NCBI GenBank assembly: GCA_964016885.1 | Contig: OZ024740.1 | Location: 18,600,001-18,664,000 of the forward strand | DNA length: 64,000 nucleotides | Direction of reading: 5' to 3' | Source of the DNA: Eledone cirrhosa | Lineage: Eukaryota | Shown: piece after piece, positions 1-15,000 of the stretch | How positions within the stretch are numbered: the stretch's first letter is position 1 | Layout of the letters: every line of letters starts with the position of its first letter | Translations under genes and position numbers: made by a program | The notes under the pieces: generated by a model | What the model was told of the DNA's origin: nothing | Databases searched by the model: none | What the model saw: the letters and a program-made list of their open reading frames with translations, nothing else

Positions 1-3000
1 TTATGTGTGTTATAATGTCCCAGTTGACCTATACTAAATGACTTCACTGATAGGGTTATGTGTGTTATAATGTCCCAGTTGACCTATACTAAAGGACTTC
101 ACTGATAGGGTTATGTGTGTTATAATGTCCCAGTTGACCTATACTTAAGGGCTTCACTGATAGTGTTATGTGGGTTGTAATGTCCCAGTTGACCTATACT
201 AAACGTCTTCACCGATAGTGATATGTGTGTTATAATGTCCAAGTTGACCTATAATAAAGGACTACACTGAAAGTGTTATGTGTGTTATAATGTCCCTGTT
301 GACCTATACTAAACGGCTTCACTGATAGTGTTATGTGGGTTGTAATGTCCCAGTTGACCTATACTAAACGTCTTCACCGATAGTGTTATGTGTGTTATAA
401 TGTCCAAGTTGACCTATAATAAAGGACTACACTGAAAGTGTTATGTGTGTTATAATGTCCCAGTTGACCTATACTAAACGGCTTCACTGATAGTGTTATG
501 TGTGTTATAATGTCCAAGTTGACCTATACTAAAGGACTTCACTGATATGGTTATGTGTGTTATAATGTCCCAGTTGACGTATACTAAAGGGCTCCATTGA
601 TAGTGTTATGTGTGTTATAATGTCCCAGTTGACCTATACTTAAGGGCTTCACTGATAGTGTTACGTGTGTTATAATGTCCCAGTTGACCTATACTAAAGG
701 GCTTCACTGATAGTGTTATGTGTGTTATAATGTCTCACTTGACCTATACTAAAGGGCTTCACTGATAGTGTTATGTGTGTTATAATGTCCCAGTTGATCT
801 ATACTAAAGGACTTCACTGATCGGGTTATGTGTGTTATAATGTCCCAGTTGACCTATACTAAAGGGCTTCACTGATAGTGTTATGTGTTATAATGTCCCA
901 GTTGACCTATACTTAAGGGCTTCACTGATAGTGTTACGTGTGTTATAATGTCCCAGTTGGCCTATACTAAAGGGCTTCACTGATAGGGTTATGTGTGTAA
1001 TAATGTCCCAGTTGACCTATACTAAAGGGCTTCACTGATAGTGTTATGTGTGTTATAATGTCCCAGTTGACCTATACTTAAGGGCTTCACTGATAGTGTT
1101 ACGTGTGTTATAATGTCCCAGTTGACCTATACTAAAAGGCTCCACTGATAGGCTTATATGTGTTATAATGTCCCAGTTGACCTATACTAAAGGGCTCCAT
1201 TGATAGTGTTATGTGTGTTATAATGTCCCAGTTGACCTATACTAAAGGGCTTCACTGATAGTGTTATGTGTGTTATAATGTCTCACTTGACCTATACTAA
1301 AGGGCTTCACTGATAGTGTTATGTGTGTTATAATGTCCCAGTTGACCTATACTAAAGGACTTCACTGATCGGGTTATGTGTGTTATAATGTCCCAGTTGA
1401 CCTATACTAAAGGACTTCACTGATAGTGTTATGTGTGTTATAATGTCCCAGTTGACCTATACTAAAGGGCTTCACTGATAGTGTTATGTGTTATAATGTC
1501 CCAGTTGACCTATACTTAAGGGCTTCACTGATAGTGTTACGTGTGTTATAATGTCCCAGTTGACCTATACTAAAGGGCTTCACTGATAGGGTTATGTGTG
1601 TTATAATGTCCCAGTTGACCTATACTAAAGGGCTTCACTGATAGTGTTATGTGTGTTATAATGTCCCAGTTGACCTATACTAAAGGACTTCACTGATAGT
1701 GTTATGTGTGTTATAATGTCCCAGTTGACCTATACTAAAGTCTTCACTGATATGGTTATGTGTGTTATAATGTCCCAGTTGACCTATACTAAAGGGCTCC
1801 ATTGATAGTGTTATGTGTGTTATAATGTCCCAGTTGACCTATACTAAAGGACTTCACTGATAGTGTTATGTGTTATAACGTCCCAGTTGACCTATACTAA
1901 AGGGCTCCATTGATAGTGTTATGTGTGTTACAATGTCCCAGTTGACCTATACTTAAGGGCTCCATTGATAGTGTTATGTGTTATAATGTCCCAGTTGACC
2001 TATACTAAAGGACTTCACTGATCGGGTTATGTGTGTTATAATGTCCCAGTTGACCTATACTTAAGGGCTTCACTGATAGTGTTACGTGTGTTATAATGTC
2101 CCAGTTGACCTATACTTAAGGGCTTCACTGATAGTGTTACGTGTGTTATAATGTCCCAGTTGACCTATACTTAAGGGCTTCACTGATAGGGTTATGTGTG
2201 TTATAATGTCCCAGTTGACCTATACTAAAGGACTTCACTGATCGGGTTATGTGTGTTATAATGTCCCAGTTGACCTATACTAAAGGGCTTCACTGATAGT
2301 GTTATGTGTTATAATGTCCCAGTTGACCTATACTAAAGGGCTTCACTGATAGTGTTATGTGTGTTATAATGTCCCAGTTGACCTATACTAAAGGACTTCA
2401 CTGATAGTGTTATGTGTGTTATAATGTCTCAGTTGACCTATACTAATGGATTTCACTGATAGTGTCATGTGTGTTATAATGTCTCAGTTGACCTATACAA
2501 AAGGGCTTCACTGACAGGGTTATGTGTTATAATGTCCCAGTTGACTTATACTAAAGGACTTCACTGATAGTGTTATGTGTTATAATGTCCCAGTTGACTT
2601 ATACTAAAGACTTCACTGATAGTGTAATGTGTGTTATAATGTCCCAGTTGACCTATACTAAAGGACTTCACTGATAGGGTTATGTGTGTTATAATGTCCC
2701 AGTTGACCTATACTAAAAGACTTCACTGATAGGGTTATGTGTTATAATGTCCCAGTTGATCTATACTAAAGGGCTTCACTGATAGTGTTATGTGTGTTAT
2801 AATGTCCCAGTTGACCTATACTAAAGGACTTCACTGATAGTGTTATGTGTGTTATAATGTCCCAGTTGACCTATACTAAAGGACTTCACTGATAGGGTTA
2901 TGTGTGTTATAATGTCCCAGTTGACCTATACTAAATGACTTCACTGATAGGGTTATGTGTGTTATAATGTCCCAGTTGACCTATACTAAAGGACTTCACT

Positions 3001-6000
3001 GATAGGGTTATGTGTGTTATAATGTCCCAGTTGACCTATACTTAAGGGCTTCACTGATAGTGTTATGTGGGTTGTAATGTCCCAGTTGACCTATACTAAA
3101 CGTCTTCACCGATAGTGTTATGTGTGTTATAATGTCCAAGTTGACCTATAATAAAGGACTACACTGAAAGTGTTATGTGTGTTATAATGTCCCTGTTGAC
3201 CTATACTAAACGGCTTCACTGATAGTGTTATGTGTGTTATAATGTCCAAGTTGACCTATACTAAAGGACTTCACTGATAGGGTTATGTGTGTTATAATTT
3301 CTCAGTTTACCTATACTAAAGGACTTCACTGATAGGGTTATGTGTGTTATAATGTCCCAGTTGACCTATACTTAAGGGCTTCACTGATAGTGTTATGTGT
3401 GTTATAATGTCCCAGTTGACCTATACTAATGGATTTCACTAATAGGGTTATGTGTGTTATAATCTCCCAGTTGACCTATACTAAAGGACTTCACTGATAG
3501 TGTTATGTGTTATAATGTCCCAGTTGACCTATACTAAAGGGCTTCACTGATAGTGTTATGTGTGTTATAATGTCCAAGTTGATCTATACTAAAGGGCTTC
3601 ACTGATAGGGTTATGTGTGTTATAATGTCCCAGTTGACCTATACTAAAGGACTTCACTGATAGTGTTATGTGTTATAATGTCCCAGTTGACCTATACTAA
3701 AGGGCTTCACTGACAGGGTTATGTGTGTTATAATGTCCCAGTTGACCTATACTAAAGGACTTCACTGATAGTGTTATGTGTTATAATGTCCCAGTTGACC
3801 TATACTAAAGGGCTTCACTGATAGTGTTATGTGTGTTATAATGTCCAAGTTGACATATATTAAAGGACTTCACTGATAGGGTTATGTGTGTTCTAATGTC
3901 CCAGTTGACCTATACTAAAGGACTTCACTGATAGTGTTATGTGTTATAATGTCCCAGTTGACCTATACTAAAGGGCTCCATGGATAGTGTTATGTGTGTT
4001 ATAATGTCCCAGTTGACCTATACTAAAGGACTTCACTGATAGTGTTATGTGTGTTATAATGTCCCAGTTGAACTATACTAAAAGACTTCACTGATAGGGT
4101 TTTGTGTGTTATAATGTCCCAGTTGACCTATACTAAAGGGCTTCACTGATAGGGTTATGTGGGTTATAATGTCCCAGTTGACCTATACTAAAGGGCTTCA
4201 CTGATAATGTTATGTGTGTTATAATTTCCCAGTTGACCTATACTAACTGGCTTCACTGATAGGGTTATGTGTGTTATAATGTCCCAGTTGACCTATACTA
4301 AAGGATTTCACTGATAGTGTTATAGTGTTATAATGTCCCAGTTGACCTATACTAATGGATTTCACTGATAGTGTCATGTGTGTTATAATGTCCCAGTTGA
4401 CCTATATTAAAGGGCTTCACTGATAGTGTTATGTGTGTTATAATGTCCCAGTTGACCTATACTAAAGGACTTCACTGATAGGGTTATGTGTGTTATAATG
4501 TCCCAGTTGACCTATATTAAAGGGCTTCACTGATAGTGTTATGTGTGTTATAATGTCCCAGTTGACCTATACTAAAGGACTTCACTGATAGGGTTATGTG
4601 TGTTATAATGTCCCAGTTGACCTATACTAAAGGATTTAACTGATAGTGTTATGTGTGTTATAATGTCCCAGTTGACCTATACTAAAGGGCTTCACTGATA
4701 GGGTTATGTGTGTTATAATGTCCCAGTTGACCTATACTAAAGGACTTCACTGATTGGGTTATGTGTTATAATGTCCCAGTTGACCTATACTAAAGGGCTT
4801 GACTGATAGTGTTATGTGTGTTATAATGTCCCAGTTGATCTATACTAAAGGGCTTCACTGATAGGGTTATGTGTGTTATAATGTCCCAGTTGACCTATAC
4901 TAAAGGACTTCACTGATAGGGTTATGTGTTATAATGTCCCAGTTGACCTATACTAAAGGGCTTCACTGTAAGTGTTATGTGTGTTATAATGTCCCAGTTG
5001 ACCTATACTAAAGGACTTCACTGATAGTGTTATGTGTGTTATAATGTCCCAGTTGACCTATACTAAAGGACTTAACTGATAGGGTTATGTGTGTTATAAT
5101 TTCCCAGTTGACCTATACTAAAGGACTTCACTGATAGGGTTATGTGTGTTATAATGTCCCAGTTGACCTATACTAAAGGGCTTCACTGATAGTGTTATGT
5201 GTGTTATAATGTCCCAGTTGACCTATACTAAAGGACTTCACTGATAGGGTTATGTGTGTTATAATGTCCCAGTTGACCTATACTAAAGGACTTCACTGAT
5301 AGGGTTATGTGTGTTATAATGTCCCAGTTGACCTATACTAAAGGACTTCACTGATAGGGTTATGTGTGTTATAATTTCCCAGTTGACCTATACTAAAGGA
5401 CTTCACTGATAGGGTTATGTGTGTTATAATGTCCCAGTTGACCTATACTAAAGGGCTTCACTGATAGTGTTATGTGTGTTATAATGTCCCAGTTGACCTA
5501 TACTAAAAGACTTCACTGATAGTGTTATGTGTGTTATAATGTCCCAGTTGACCTATACTAAAGGGCTTCACTGATAGTGTTATGTGTGTTATAATGTCCC
5601 AGTTGACCTATACTAAAGGGCTTCACTGATAGTGTTATGTGTGTTATAATGTCCCAGTTGACCTATACTAAAAGACTTCACTGATAGGGTTATGTGTGTT
5701 ATAATGTCCCAGTTGACCTATACTAAAAGACTTCACTGATAGGGTTATGTGTGTTATAATGTCCCAGTTGACCTATACTAAAAGACTTCACTGATAGGGT
5801 TATGTGTGTTATAATGTCCCAGTTGACCTATACTAAAGGACTTCACTGATAGTGTTATGTGTTATAATGTCCCAGTTGACTTATACTAAAGACTTCACTG
5901 ATAGTGTTATGTGTTATAATGTCAGAGTTGACCTATACTAAAGGACTTCACTGATAGTGTTATGTGTGTTATAATGTCCCAGTTGATCTATACTAAAGGG

Positions 6001-9000
6001 CTTCACTGATAGTGTTATGTGTGTTATAATGTCCCAGTTGACCTATACTAAAGGGCTTCACAGATAGTGTTATGTGTGTTATAATGTCCCAGTTGACCTA
6101 TACTAAAGGAGTTCACTGATAGGGTTATGTGTGTTATAATGTCCCAGTTGACCTATACTAAAGGGCTTCACTGAAAGTGTTATGTGTGTTATAATGTCCC
6201 AGTTGACCTATACTAAAGGGCTTCACTGATAGTGTTATGTGTGTTATAATGTCCAAGTTGACCTATACTAAAGGACTACACTGAAAGTGTTATGTGTGTT
6301 ATAATGTCCCAGTTGACCTATACTAAAGGACTTCACTGATAGGGTTATGTGTGTTATAATTTCCCAGTTGACCTATACTAAAGGACTTCACTGATAGGGT
6401 TATGTGTGTTATAATGTCCCAGTTGACCTATACTTAAGGGCTTCACTGATAGTGTTATGTGTGTTATAATGTCCCAGTTGACCTATACTAAAGGACTTCA
6501 CTGATAGTGTTATGTGTGTTATAATGTGCCAGTTGACCTATACTTAAGGGATTCACTGATAGTGTTATGTGTGTTATAATGTCCCAGTTGACCTATACTA
6601 AAGGGCTTCACTGATAGTGTTATGTGTGTTATAATGTCTCAGTTGACCTATACTAAAGGACTTCACTGATAGGGTTATGTGTGTTATAATGTCCCAGTTG
6701 ACCTATACTAAAGGACTTCACTGATAGTGTTATGTGTTATAATGTCCCAGTTGACCTATACTAAAGGACTTCACTGATAGTGTTATATGTGTTATAATGT
6801 CCCAGTTGACATATATTAAAGGACTTCACTGATAGGGTTATGTGTGTTATAATGTCCCAGTTGACCTATACTAAAGGACTTCACTGATAGGGTTATGTGT
6901 GTTATAATGTCCCAGTTGACCTATACTAAAGGGCTTCACTGATAGTGTTATGTGTGTTATAATGTCCAAGTTGACATATATTAAAGGACTTCACTGATAG
7001 GGTTATGTGTGTTATAATGTCCCAGTTGACCTATACTAAAGGACTTCACTGATAGGGTTATGTGTGTTATAATGTCCCAGTTGACCTATACTAAAGGACT
7101 TCACTGATAGGGTTATGTGTGTTATAATTTCCCAGTTGACCTATACTAAAGGACTTCACTGATAGTGTTATGTGTGTTATAACGTGCCAGTTGACCTATA
7201 CTTAAGGGATTCACTGATAGTGTTATGTGTGTTATAATGTCCCAGTTGACCTATACTAAAGGGCTTCACTGATAGTGTTATGTGTGTTATAATGTCTCAG
7301 TTGACCTATACTAAAGGACTTCACTGATAGGGTTATGTGTGTTATAATGTCCCAGTTGACCTATACTAAAGGACTTCACTGATAGTGTTATGTGTTATAA
7401 TGTCCCAGTTGACCTATACTAAAGGACTTCACTGATAGTGTTATATGTGTTATAATGTCCCAGTTGACATATATTAAAGGACTTCACTGATAGGGTTATG
7501 TGTGTTATAATGTCCCAGTTGACCTATACTAAAGGACTTCACTGATAGGGTTATGTGTGTTATAATGTCCCAGTTGACCTATACTAAAGGACTTCACTGA
7601 TAGTGTTATGTGTGTTATAATGTCCCAGTTGACCTATACTAAAGGACTTCACTGATAGTGTTATGTGTGTTATAATGTCCCAGTTGACCTATACTAAAGG
7701 ACTTCACTGATAGTGTTATGTGTTATAATGTCCCAGTTGACCTATACTAAAGGGCTCCATTGATAGTGTTATGTGTGTTATAATGTCCCAGTTGACCTAT
7801 ACTAAAGGGCTTCACTGATAGTGTTATGTGTGTTATAATGTCCCAGTTGACCTATACTAACGGGCTTCACTGATAGGGTTACGTGTGTTATAATGTCCCA
7901 GTTGACCTATACTAAAGGATTTCACTGATAGTGTTATGTGTGTTATAATGTCCCAGTTGACCTATACTAACGGGCTTCACTGATAGTGTTTTGTGTGTTA
8001 TAATGTCCAAGTTGACCTATACTAACGGGCTTCACTGATAGGGTTATGTGTGTTATAATGTCCCAGTTGACCTATACTAACGGGCTTCACTGATAGTGTT
8101 TTGTGTGTTATAATGTCCCAGTTGACCTATACTAACGGGCTTTACTGATAGTGCTTTGTGTGTTATAATGTCCAAGTTGACCTATACTAAAGGGCTTCAC
8201 TGATAACGTTATGTGTGTTATAATTTCCCAGTTGACCTATACTAATGGATTTCACTGATAGTGTCATGTGTGTTATAATATCCCAGTTGACCTATACTAA
8301 AGGGCTTCACTGATAGGGTTATGTGTGTTATAATGTCCCAGTTGACCTATACTAAAGGACTTCACTGATAGGGTTATGTGTTATAATGTCCCAGTTGACC
8401 TATACTAAAGGGCTTCACTGATAGTGTTATGTGTGTTATAATGTCCCAGTTGACCTATACTAAAGGACTTCACTGATAGGGTTATGTGTGTTATAATTTC
8501 CCAGTTGACCTATACTAAAGGACTTCACTGATAGGGTTATGTGTGTTATAATGTCCCATTTGACCTATACTTAAGGGCTTCACTGAGAGTGTTATGTGTG
8601 TTATAATGTCCCAGTTGACCTATACTAAAGGACTTCACTGATAGTGTTATGTGTGTTATAATGTCCCAGTTGAACTATACTAAAAGACTTCACTGATAGT
8701 GTTATGTGTGTTATAATGTCCCAGTTGACCTATACTAAAGGGCTTCACTGATAATGTTATGTGTGTTATAATTTCCCAGTTGACCTATACTAATGGACTT
8801 CACTGATAGTGTCATGTGTGTTATAATGTCCCAGTTAACCTATACTAACGGGCTTCACTGATAGGGTTATGTGTGTTATAGTGTCCCAGTTGACCTATAC
8901 TAAAGGGCTTCACTGATAGGGTTATGTGTGTTATAATGTCCCAGTTGACCTATACTAAAAGACTTCACTGATAGGGTTATGTGTGTTATAATGTCCCAGT

Positions 9001-12000
9001 TGACCTATACTAAAGGACTTCACTGATAGGGTTATGTGTGTTATAATGTCCCAGTTGACCTATACTTAAGGGCTTCACTGATAGTGTTATGTGGGTTGTA
9101 ATGTCCCAGTTGACCTATACTAAACGTCTTCACTGATAGTGTTATGTGTGTTATAATGTCCCAGTTGACCTATACTAAACGGCTTCACTGATAGTGTTAT
9201 GTGTGTTATAATGTCCAAGTTGACCTATACTAAAGGACTTCACTGATATGGTTATGTGTGTTATAATGTCCCAGTTGACCTATACTAAAGGGCTCCATTG
9301 ATAGTGTTATGTGTGTTATAATGTCCCAGTTGACCTATACTTAAGGGCTTCACTGATAGTGTTACGTGTGTTATAATGTCCCAGTTGACCTATACTAAAG
9401 GGCTTCACTGATAGTGTTATGTGTGTTATAATGTCTCACTTGACCTATACTAAAGGGCTTCACTGATAGTGTTATGTGTGTTATAATGTCCCAGTTGACC
9501 TATACTAAAGGACTTCACTGATCGGGTTATGTGTGTTATAATGTCCCAGTTGACCTATACTAAAGGGCTTCACTGATAGTGTTATGTGTTATAATGTCCC
9601 AGTTGACCTATACTTAAGGGCTTCACTGATAGTGTTACGTGTGTTATAATGTCCCAGTTGACCTATACTAAAGGGCTTCACTGATAGGGTTATGTGTGTA
9701 ATAATGTCCCAGTTGACCTATACTAAAGGGCTTCACTGATAGTGTTATGTGTGTTATAATGTCCCAGTTGACCTATACTTAAGGGCTTCACTGATAGTGT
9801 TACGTGTGTTATAATGTCCCAGTTGACCTATACTAAAAGGCTCCACTGATAGGCTTATATGTGTTATAATGTCCCAGTTGACCTATACTAAAGGGCTCCA
9901 TTGATAGTGTTATGTGTGTTATAATGTCCCAGTTGACCTATACTAAAGGGCTTCACTGATAGTGTTATGTGTGTTATAATGTCTCACTTGACCTATACTA
10001 AAGGGCTTCACTGATAGTGTTATGTGTGTTATAATGTCCCAGTTGACCTATACTAAAGGACTTCACTGATCGGGTTATGTGTGTTATAATGTCCCAGTTG
10101 ACCTATACTAAAGGACTTCACTGATAGTGTTATGTGTGTTATAATGTCCCAGTTGACCTATACTAAAGGGCTTCACTGATAGTGTTATGTGTTATAATGT
10201 CCCAGTTGACCTATACTTAAGGGCTTCACTGATAGTGTTACGTGTGTTATAATGTCCCAGTTGACCTATACTAAAGGGCTTCACTGATAGGGTTATGTGT
10301 GTTATAATGTCCCAGTTGACCTATACTAAAGGGCTTCACTGATAGTGTTATGTGTGTTATAATGTCCCAGTTGACCTATACTAAAGGACTTCACTGATAG
10401 TGTTATGTGTGTTATAATGTCCCAGTTGACCTATACTAAAGTCTTCACTGATATGGTTATGTGTGTTATAATGTCCCAGTTGACCTATACTAAAGGGCTC
10501 CATTGATAGTGTTATGTGTGTTATAACGTCCCAGTTGACCTATACTAAAGGACTTCACTGATAGTGTTATGTGTTATAACGTCCCAGTTGACCTATACTA
10601 AAGGGCTCCATTGATAGTGTTATGTGTGTTACAATGTCCCAGTTGACCTATACTTAAGGGCTCCATTGATAGTGTTATGTGTTATAATGTCCCAGTTGAC
10701 CTATACTAAAGGACTTCACTGATCGGGTTATGTGTGTTATAATGTCCCAGTTGACCTATACTTAAGGGCTTCACTGATAGTGTTACGTGTGTTATAATGT
10801 CCCAGTTGACCTATACTTAAGGGCTTCACTGATAGTGTTACGTGTGTTATAATGTCCCAGTTGACCTATACTTAAGGGCTTCACTGATAGGGTTATGTGT
10901 GTTATAATGTCCCAGTTGACCTATACTAAAGGACTTCACTGATCGGGTTATGTGTGTTATAATGTCCCAGTTGACCTATACTAAAGGGCTTCACTGATAG
11001 TGTTATGTGTTATAATGTCCCAGTTGACCTATACTAAAGGGCTTCACTGATAGTGTTATGTGTGTTATAATGTCCCAGTTGACCTATACTAAAGGACTTC
11101 ACTGATAGTGTTATGTGTGTTATAATGTCTCAGTTGACCTATACTAATGGATTTCACTGATAGTGTCATGTGTGTTATAATGTCTCAGTTGACCTATACT
11201 AAAGGGCTTCACTGACAGGGTTATGTGTTATAATGTCCCAGTTGACTTATACTAAAGGACTTCACTGATAGTGTTATGTGTTATAATGTCCCAGTTGACT
11301 TATACTAAAGACTTCACTGATAGTGTTATGTGTGTTATAATGTCCCAGTTGACCTATACTAAAGGACTTCACTGATAGGGTTATGTGTGTTATAATGTCC
11401 CAGTTGACCTATACTAAAAGACTTCACTGATAGTGTTATGTGTGTTATAATGTCCCAGTTGACCTATACTAAAAGACTTCACTGATAGGGTTATGTGTTA
11501 TAATGTCCCAGTTGATCTATACTAAAGGGCTTCACTGATAGTGTTATGTGTGTTATAATGTCCCAGTTGACCTATACTAAAGGACTTCACTGATAGTGTT
11601 ATGTGTGTTATAATGTCCCAGTTGACCTATACTAAAGGACTTCACTGATAGGGTTATGTGTGTTATAATGTCCCAGTTGACCTATACTAAATGACTTCAC
11701 TGATAGGGTTATGTGTGTTATAATGTCCCAGTTGACCTATACTAAAGGACTTCACTGATAGGGTTATGTGTGTTATAATGTCCCAGTTGACCTATACTTA
11801 AGGGCTTCACTGATAGTGTTATGTGGGTTGTAATGTCCCAGTTGACCTATACTAAACGTCTTCACCGATAGTGATATGTGTGTTATAATGTCCAAGTTGA
11901 CCTATAATAAAGGACTACACTGAAAGTGTTATGTGTGTTATAATGTCCCTGTTGACCTATACTAAACGGCTTCACTGATAGTGTTATGTGGGTTGTAATG

Positions 12001-15000
12001 TCCCAGTTGACCTATACTAAACGTCTTCACCGATAGTGTTATGTGTGTTATAATGTCCAAGTTGACCTATAATAAAGGACTACACTGAAAGTGTTATGTG
12101 TGTTATAATGTCCCAGTTGACCTATACTAAACGGCTTCACTGATAGTGTTATGTGTGTTATAATGTCCAAGTTGACCTATACTAAAGGACTTCACTGATA
12201 TGGTTATGTGTGTTATAATGTCCCAGTTGACGTATACTAAAGGGCTCCATTGATAGTGTTATGTGTGTTATAATGTCCCAGTTGACCTATACTTAAGGGC
12301 TTCACTGATAGTGTTACGTGTGTTATAATGTCCCAGTTGACCTATACTAAAGGGCTTCACTGATAGTGTTATGTGTGTTATAATGTCTCACTTGACCTAT
12401 ACTAAAGGGCTTCACTGATAGTGTTATGTGTGTTATAATGTCCCAGTTGATCTATACTAAAGGACTTCACTGATCGGGTTATGTGTGTTATAATGTCCCA
12501 GTTGACCTATACTAAAGGGCTTCACTGATAGTGTTATGTGTTATAATGTCCCAGTTGACCTATACTTAAGGGCTTCACTGATAGTGTTACGTGTGTTATA
12601 ATGTCCCAGTTGGCCTATACTAAAGGGCTTCACTGATAGGGTTATGTGTGTAATAATGTCCCAGTTGACCTATACTAAAGGGCTTCACTGATAGTGTTAT
12701 GTGTGTTATAATGTCCCAGTTGACCTATACTTAAGGGCTTCACTGATAGTGTTACGTGTGTTATAATGTCCCAGTTGACCTATACTAAAAGGCTCCACTG
12801 ATAGGCTTATATGTGTTATAATGTCCCAGTTGACCTATACTAAAGGGCTCCATTGATAGTGTTATGTGTGTTATAATGTCCCAGTTGACCTATACTAAAG
12901 GGCTTCACTGATAGTGTTATGTGTGTTATAATGTCTCACTTGACCTATACTAAAGGGCTTCACTGATAGTGTTATGTGTGTTATAATGTCCCAGTTGACC
13001 TATACTAAAGGACTTCACTGATCGGGTTATGTGTGTTATAATGTCCCAGTTGACCTATACTAAAGGACTTCACTGATAGTGTTATGTGTGTTATAATGTC
13101 CCAGTTGACCTATACTAAAGGGCTTCACTGATAGTGTTATGTGTTATAATGTCCCAGTTGACCTATACTTAAGGGCTTCACTGATAGTGTTACGTGTGTT
13201 ATAATGTCCCAGTTGACCTATACTAAAGGGCTTCACTGATAGGGTTATGTGTGTTATAATGTCCCAGTTGACCTATACTAAAGGGCTTCACTGATAGTGT
13301 TATGTGTGTTATAATGTCCCAGTTGACCTATACTAAAGGACTTCACTGATAGTGTTATGTGTGTTATAATGTCCCAGTTGACCTATACTAAAGTCTTCAC
13401 TGATATGGTTATGTGTGTTATAATGTCCCAGTTGACCTATACTAAAGGGCTCCATTGATAGTGTTATGTGTGTTATAATGTCCCAGTTGACCTATACTAA
13501 AGGACTTCACTGATAGTGTTATGTGTTATAACGTCCCAGTTGACCTATACTAAAGGGCTCCATTGATAGTGTTATGTGTGTTACAATGTCCCAGTTGACC
13601 TATACTTAAGGGCTCCATTGATAGTGTTATGTGTTATAATGTCCCAGTTGACCTATACTAAAGGACTTCACTGATCGGGTTATGTGTGTTATAATGTCCC
13701 AGTTGACCTATACTTAAGGGCTTCACTGATAGTGTTACGTGTGTTATAATGTCCCAGTTGACCTATACTTAAGGGCTTCACTGATAGTGTTACGTGTGTT
13801 ATAATGTCCCAGTTGACCTATACTTAAGGGCTTCACTGATAGGGTTATGTGTGTTATAATGTCCCAGTTGACCTATACTAAAGGACTTCACTGATCGGGT
13901 TATGTGTGTTATAATGTCCCAGTTGACCTATACTAAAGGGCTTCACTGATAGTGTTATGTGTTATAATGTCCCAGTTGACCTATACTAAAGGGCTTCACT
14001 GATAGTGTTATGTGTGTTATAATGTCCCAGTTGACCTATACTAAAGGACTTCACTGATAGTGTTATGTGTGTTATAATGTCTCAGTTGACCTATACTAAT
14101 GGATTTCACTGATAGTGTCATGTGTGTTATAATGTCTCAGTTGACCTATACAAAAGGGCTTCACTGACAGGGTTATGTGTTATAATGTCCCAGTTGACTT
14201 ATACTAAAGGACTTCACTGATAGTGTTATGTGTTATAATGTCCCAGTTGACTTATACTAAAGACTTCACTGATAGTGTAATGTGTGTTATAATGTCCCAG
14301 TTGACCTATACTAAAGGACTTCACTGATAGGGTTATGTGTGTTATAATGTCCCAGTTGACCTATACTAAAAGACTTCACTGATAGGGTTATGTGTTATAA
14401 TGTCCCAGTTGATCTATACTAAAGGGCTTCACTGATAGTGTTATGTGTGTTATAATGTCCCAGTTGACCTATACTAAAGGACTTCACTGATAGTGTTATG
14501 TGTGTTATAATGTCCCAGTTGACCTATACTAAAGGACTTCACTGATAGGGTTATGTGTGTTATAATGTCCCAGTTGACCTATACTAAATGACTTCACTGA
14601 TAGGGTTATGTGTGTTATAATGTCCCAGTTGACCTATACTAAAGGACTTCACTGATAGGGTTATGTGTGTTATAATGTCCCAGTTGACCTATACTTAAGG
14701 GCTTCACTGATAGTGTTATGTGGGTTGTAATGTCCCAGTTGACCTATACTAAACGTCTTCACCGATAGTGTTATGTGTGTTATAATGTCCAAGTTGACCT
14801 ATAATAAAGGACTACACTGAAAGTGTTATGTGTGTTATAATGTCCCTGTTGACCTATACTAAACGGCTTCACTGATAGTGTTATGTGTGTTATAATGTCC
14901 AAGTTGACCTATACTAAAGGACTTCACTGATAGGGTTATGTGTGTTATAATTTCTCAGTTTACCTATACTAAAGGACTTCACTGATAGGGTTATGTGTGT

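Noticed and set aside
44-55. Synthetic tet-operator array (TCACTGATAGGG matches 12 bp of tetO2; the CATTGATAG variant resembles tetO1)
   Set aside because: Only one arm of the 19-bp operator palindrome is present. The natural-looking mutation and duplication history argues against a construct.
17-55. Conserved hairpin or structured RNA (CACT-GAT-AGTG, CCTAT/ATAGG, GTCC/GGAC)
   Set aside because: The stems are only 4-5 bp, and each is broken by a common polymorphism without clear compensatory change.
11-71. Tandem sigma70 promoters (TATAAT and TTGACC/TTGACA in each monomer)
   Set aside because: TTGACC lies 36 bp before the next TATAAT rather than ~17 bp, and TATACT abuts it directly. There is no gene context.
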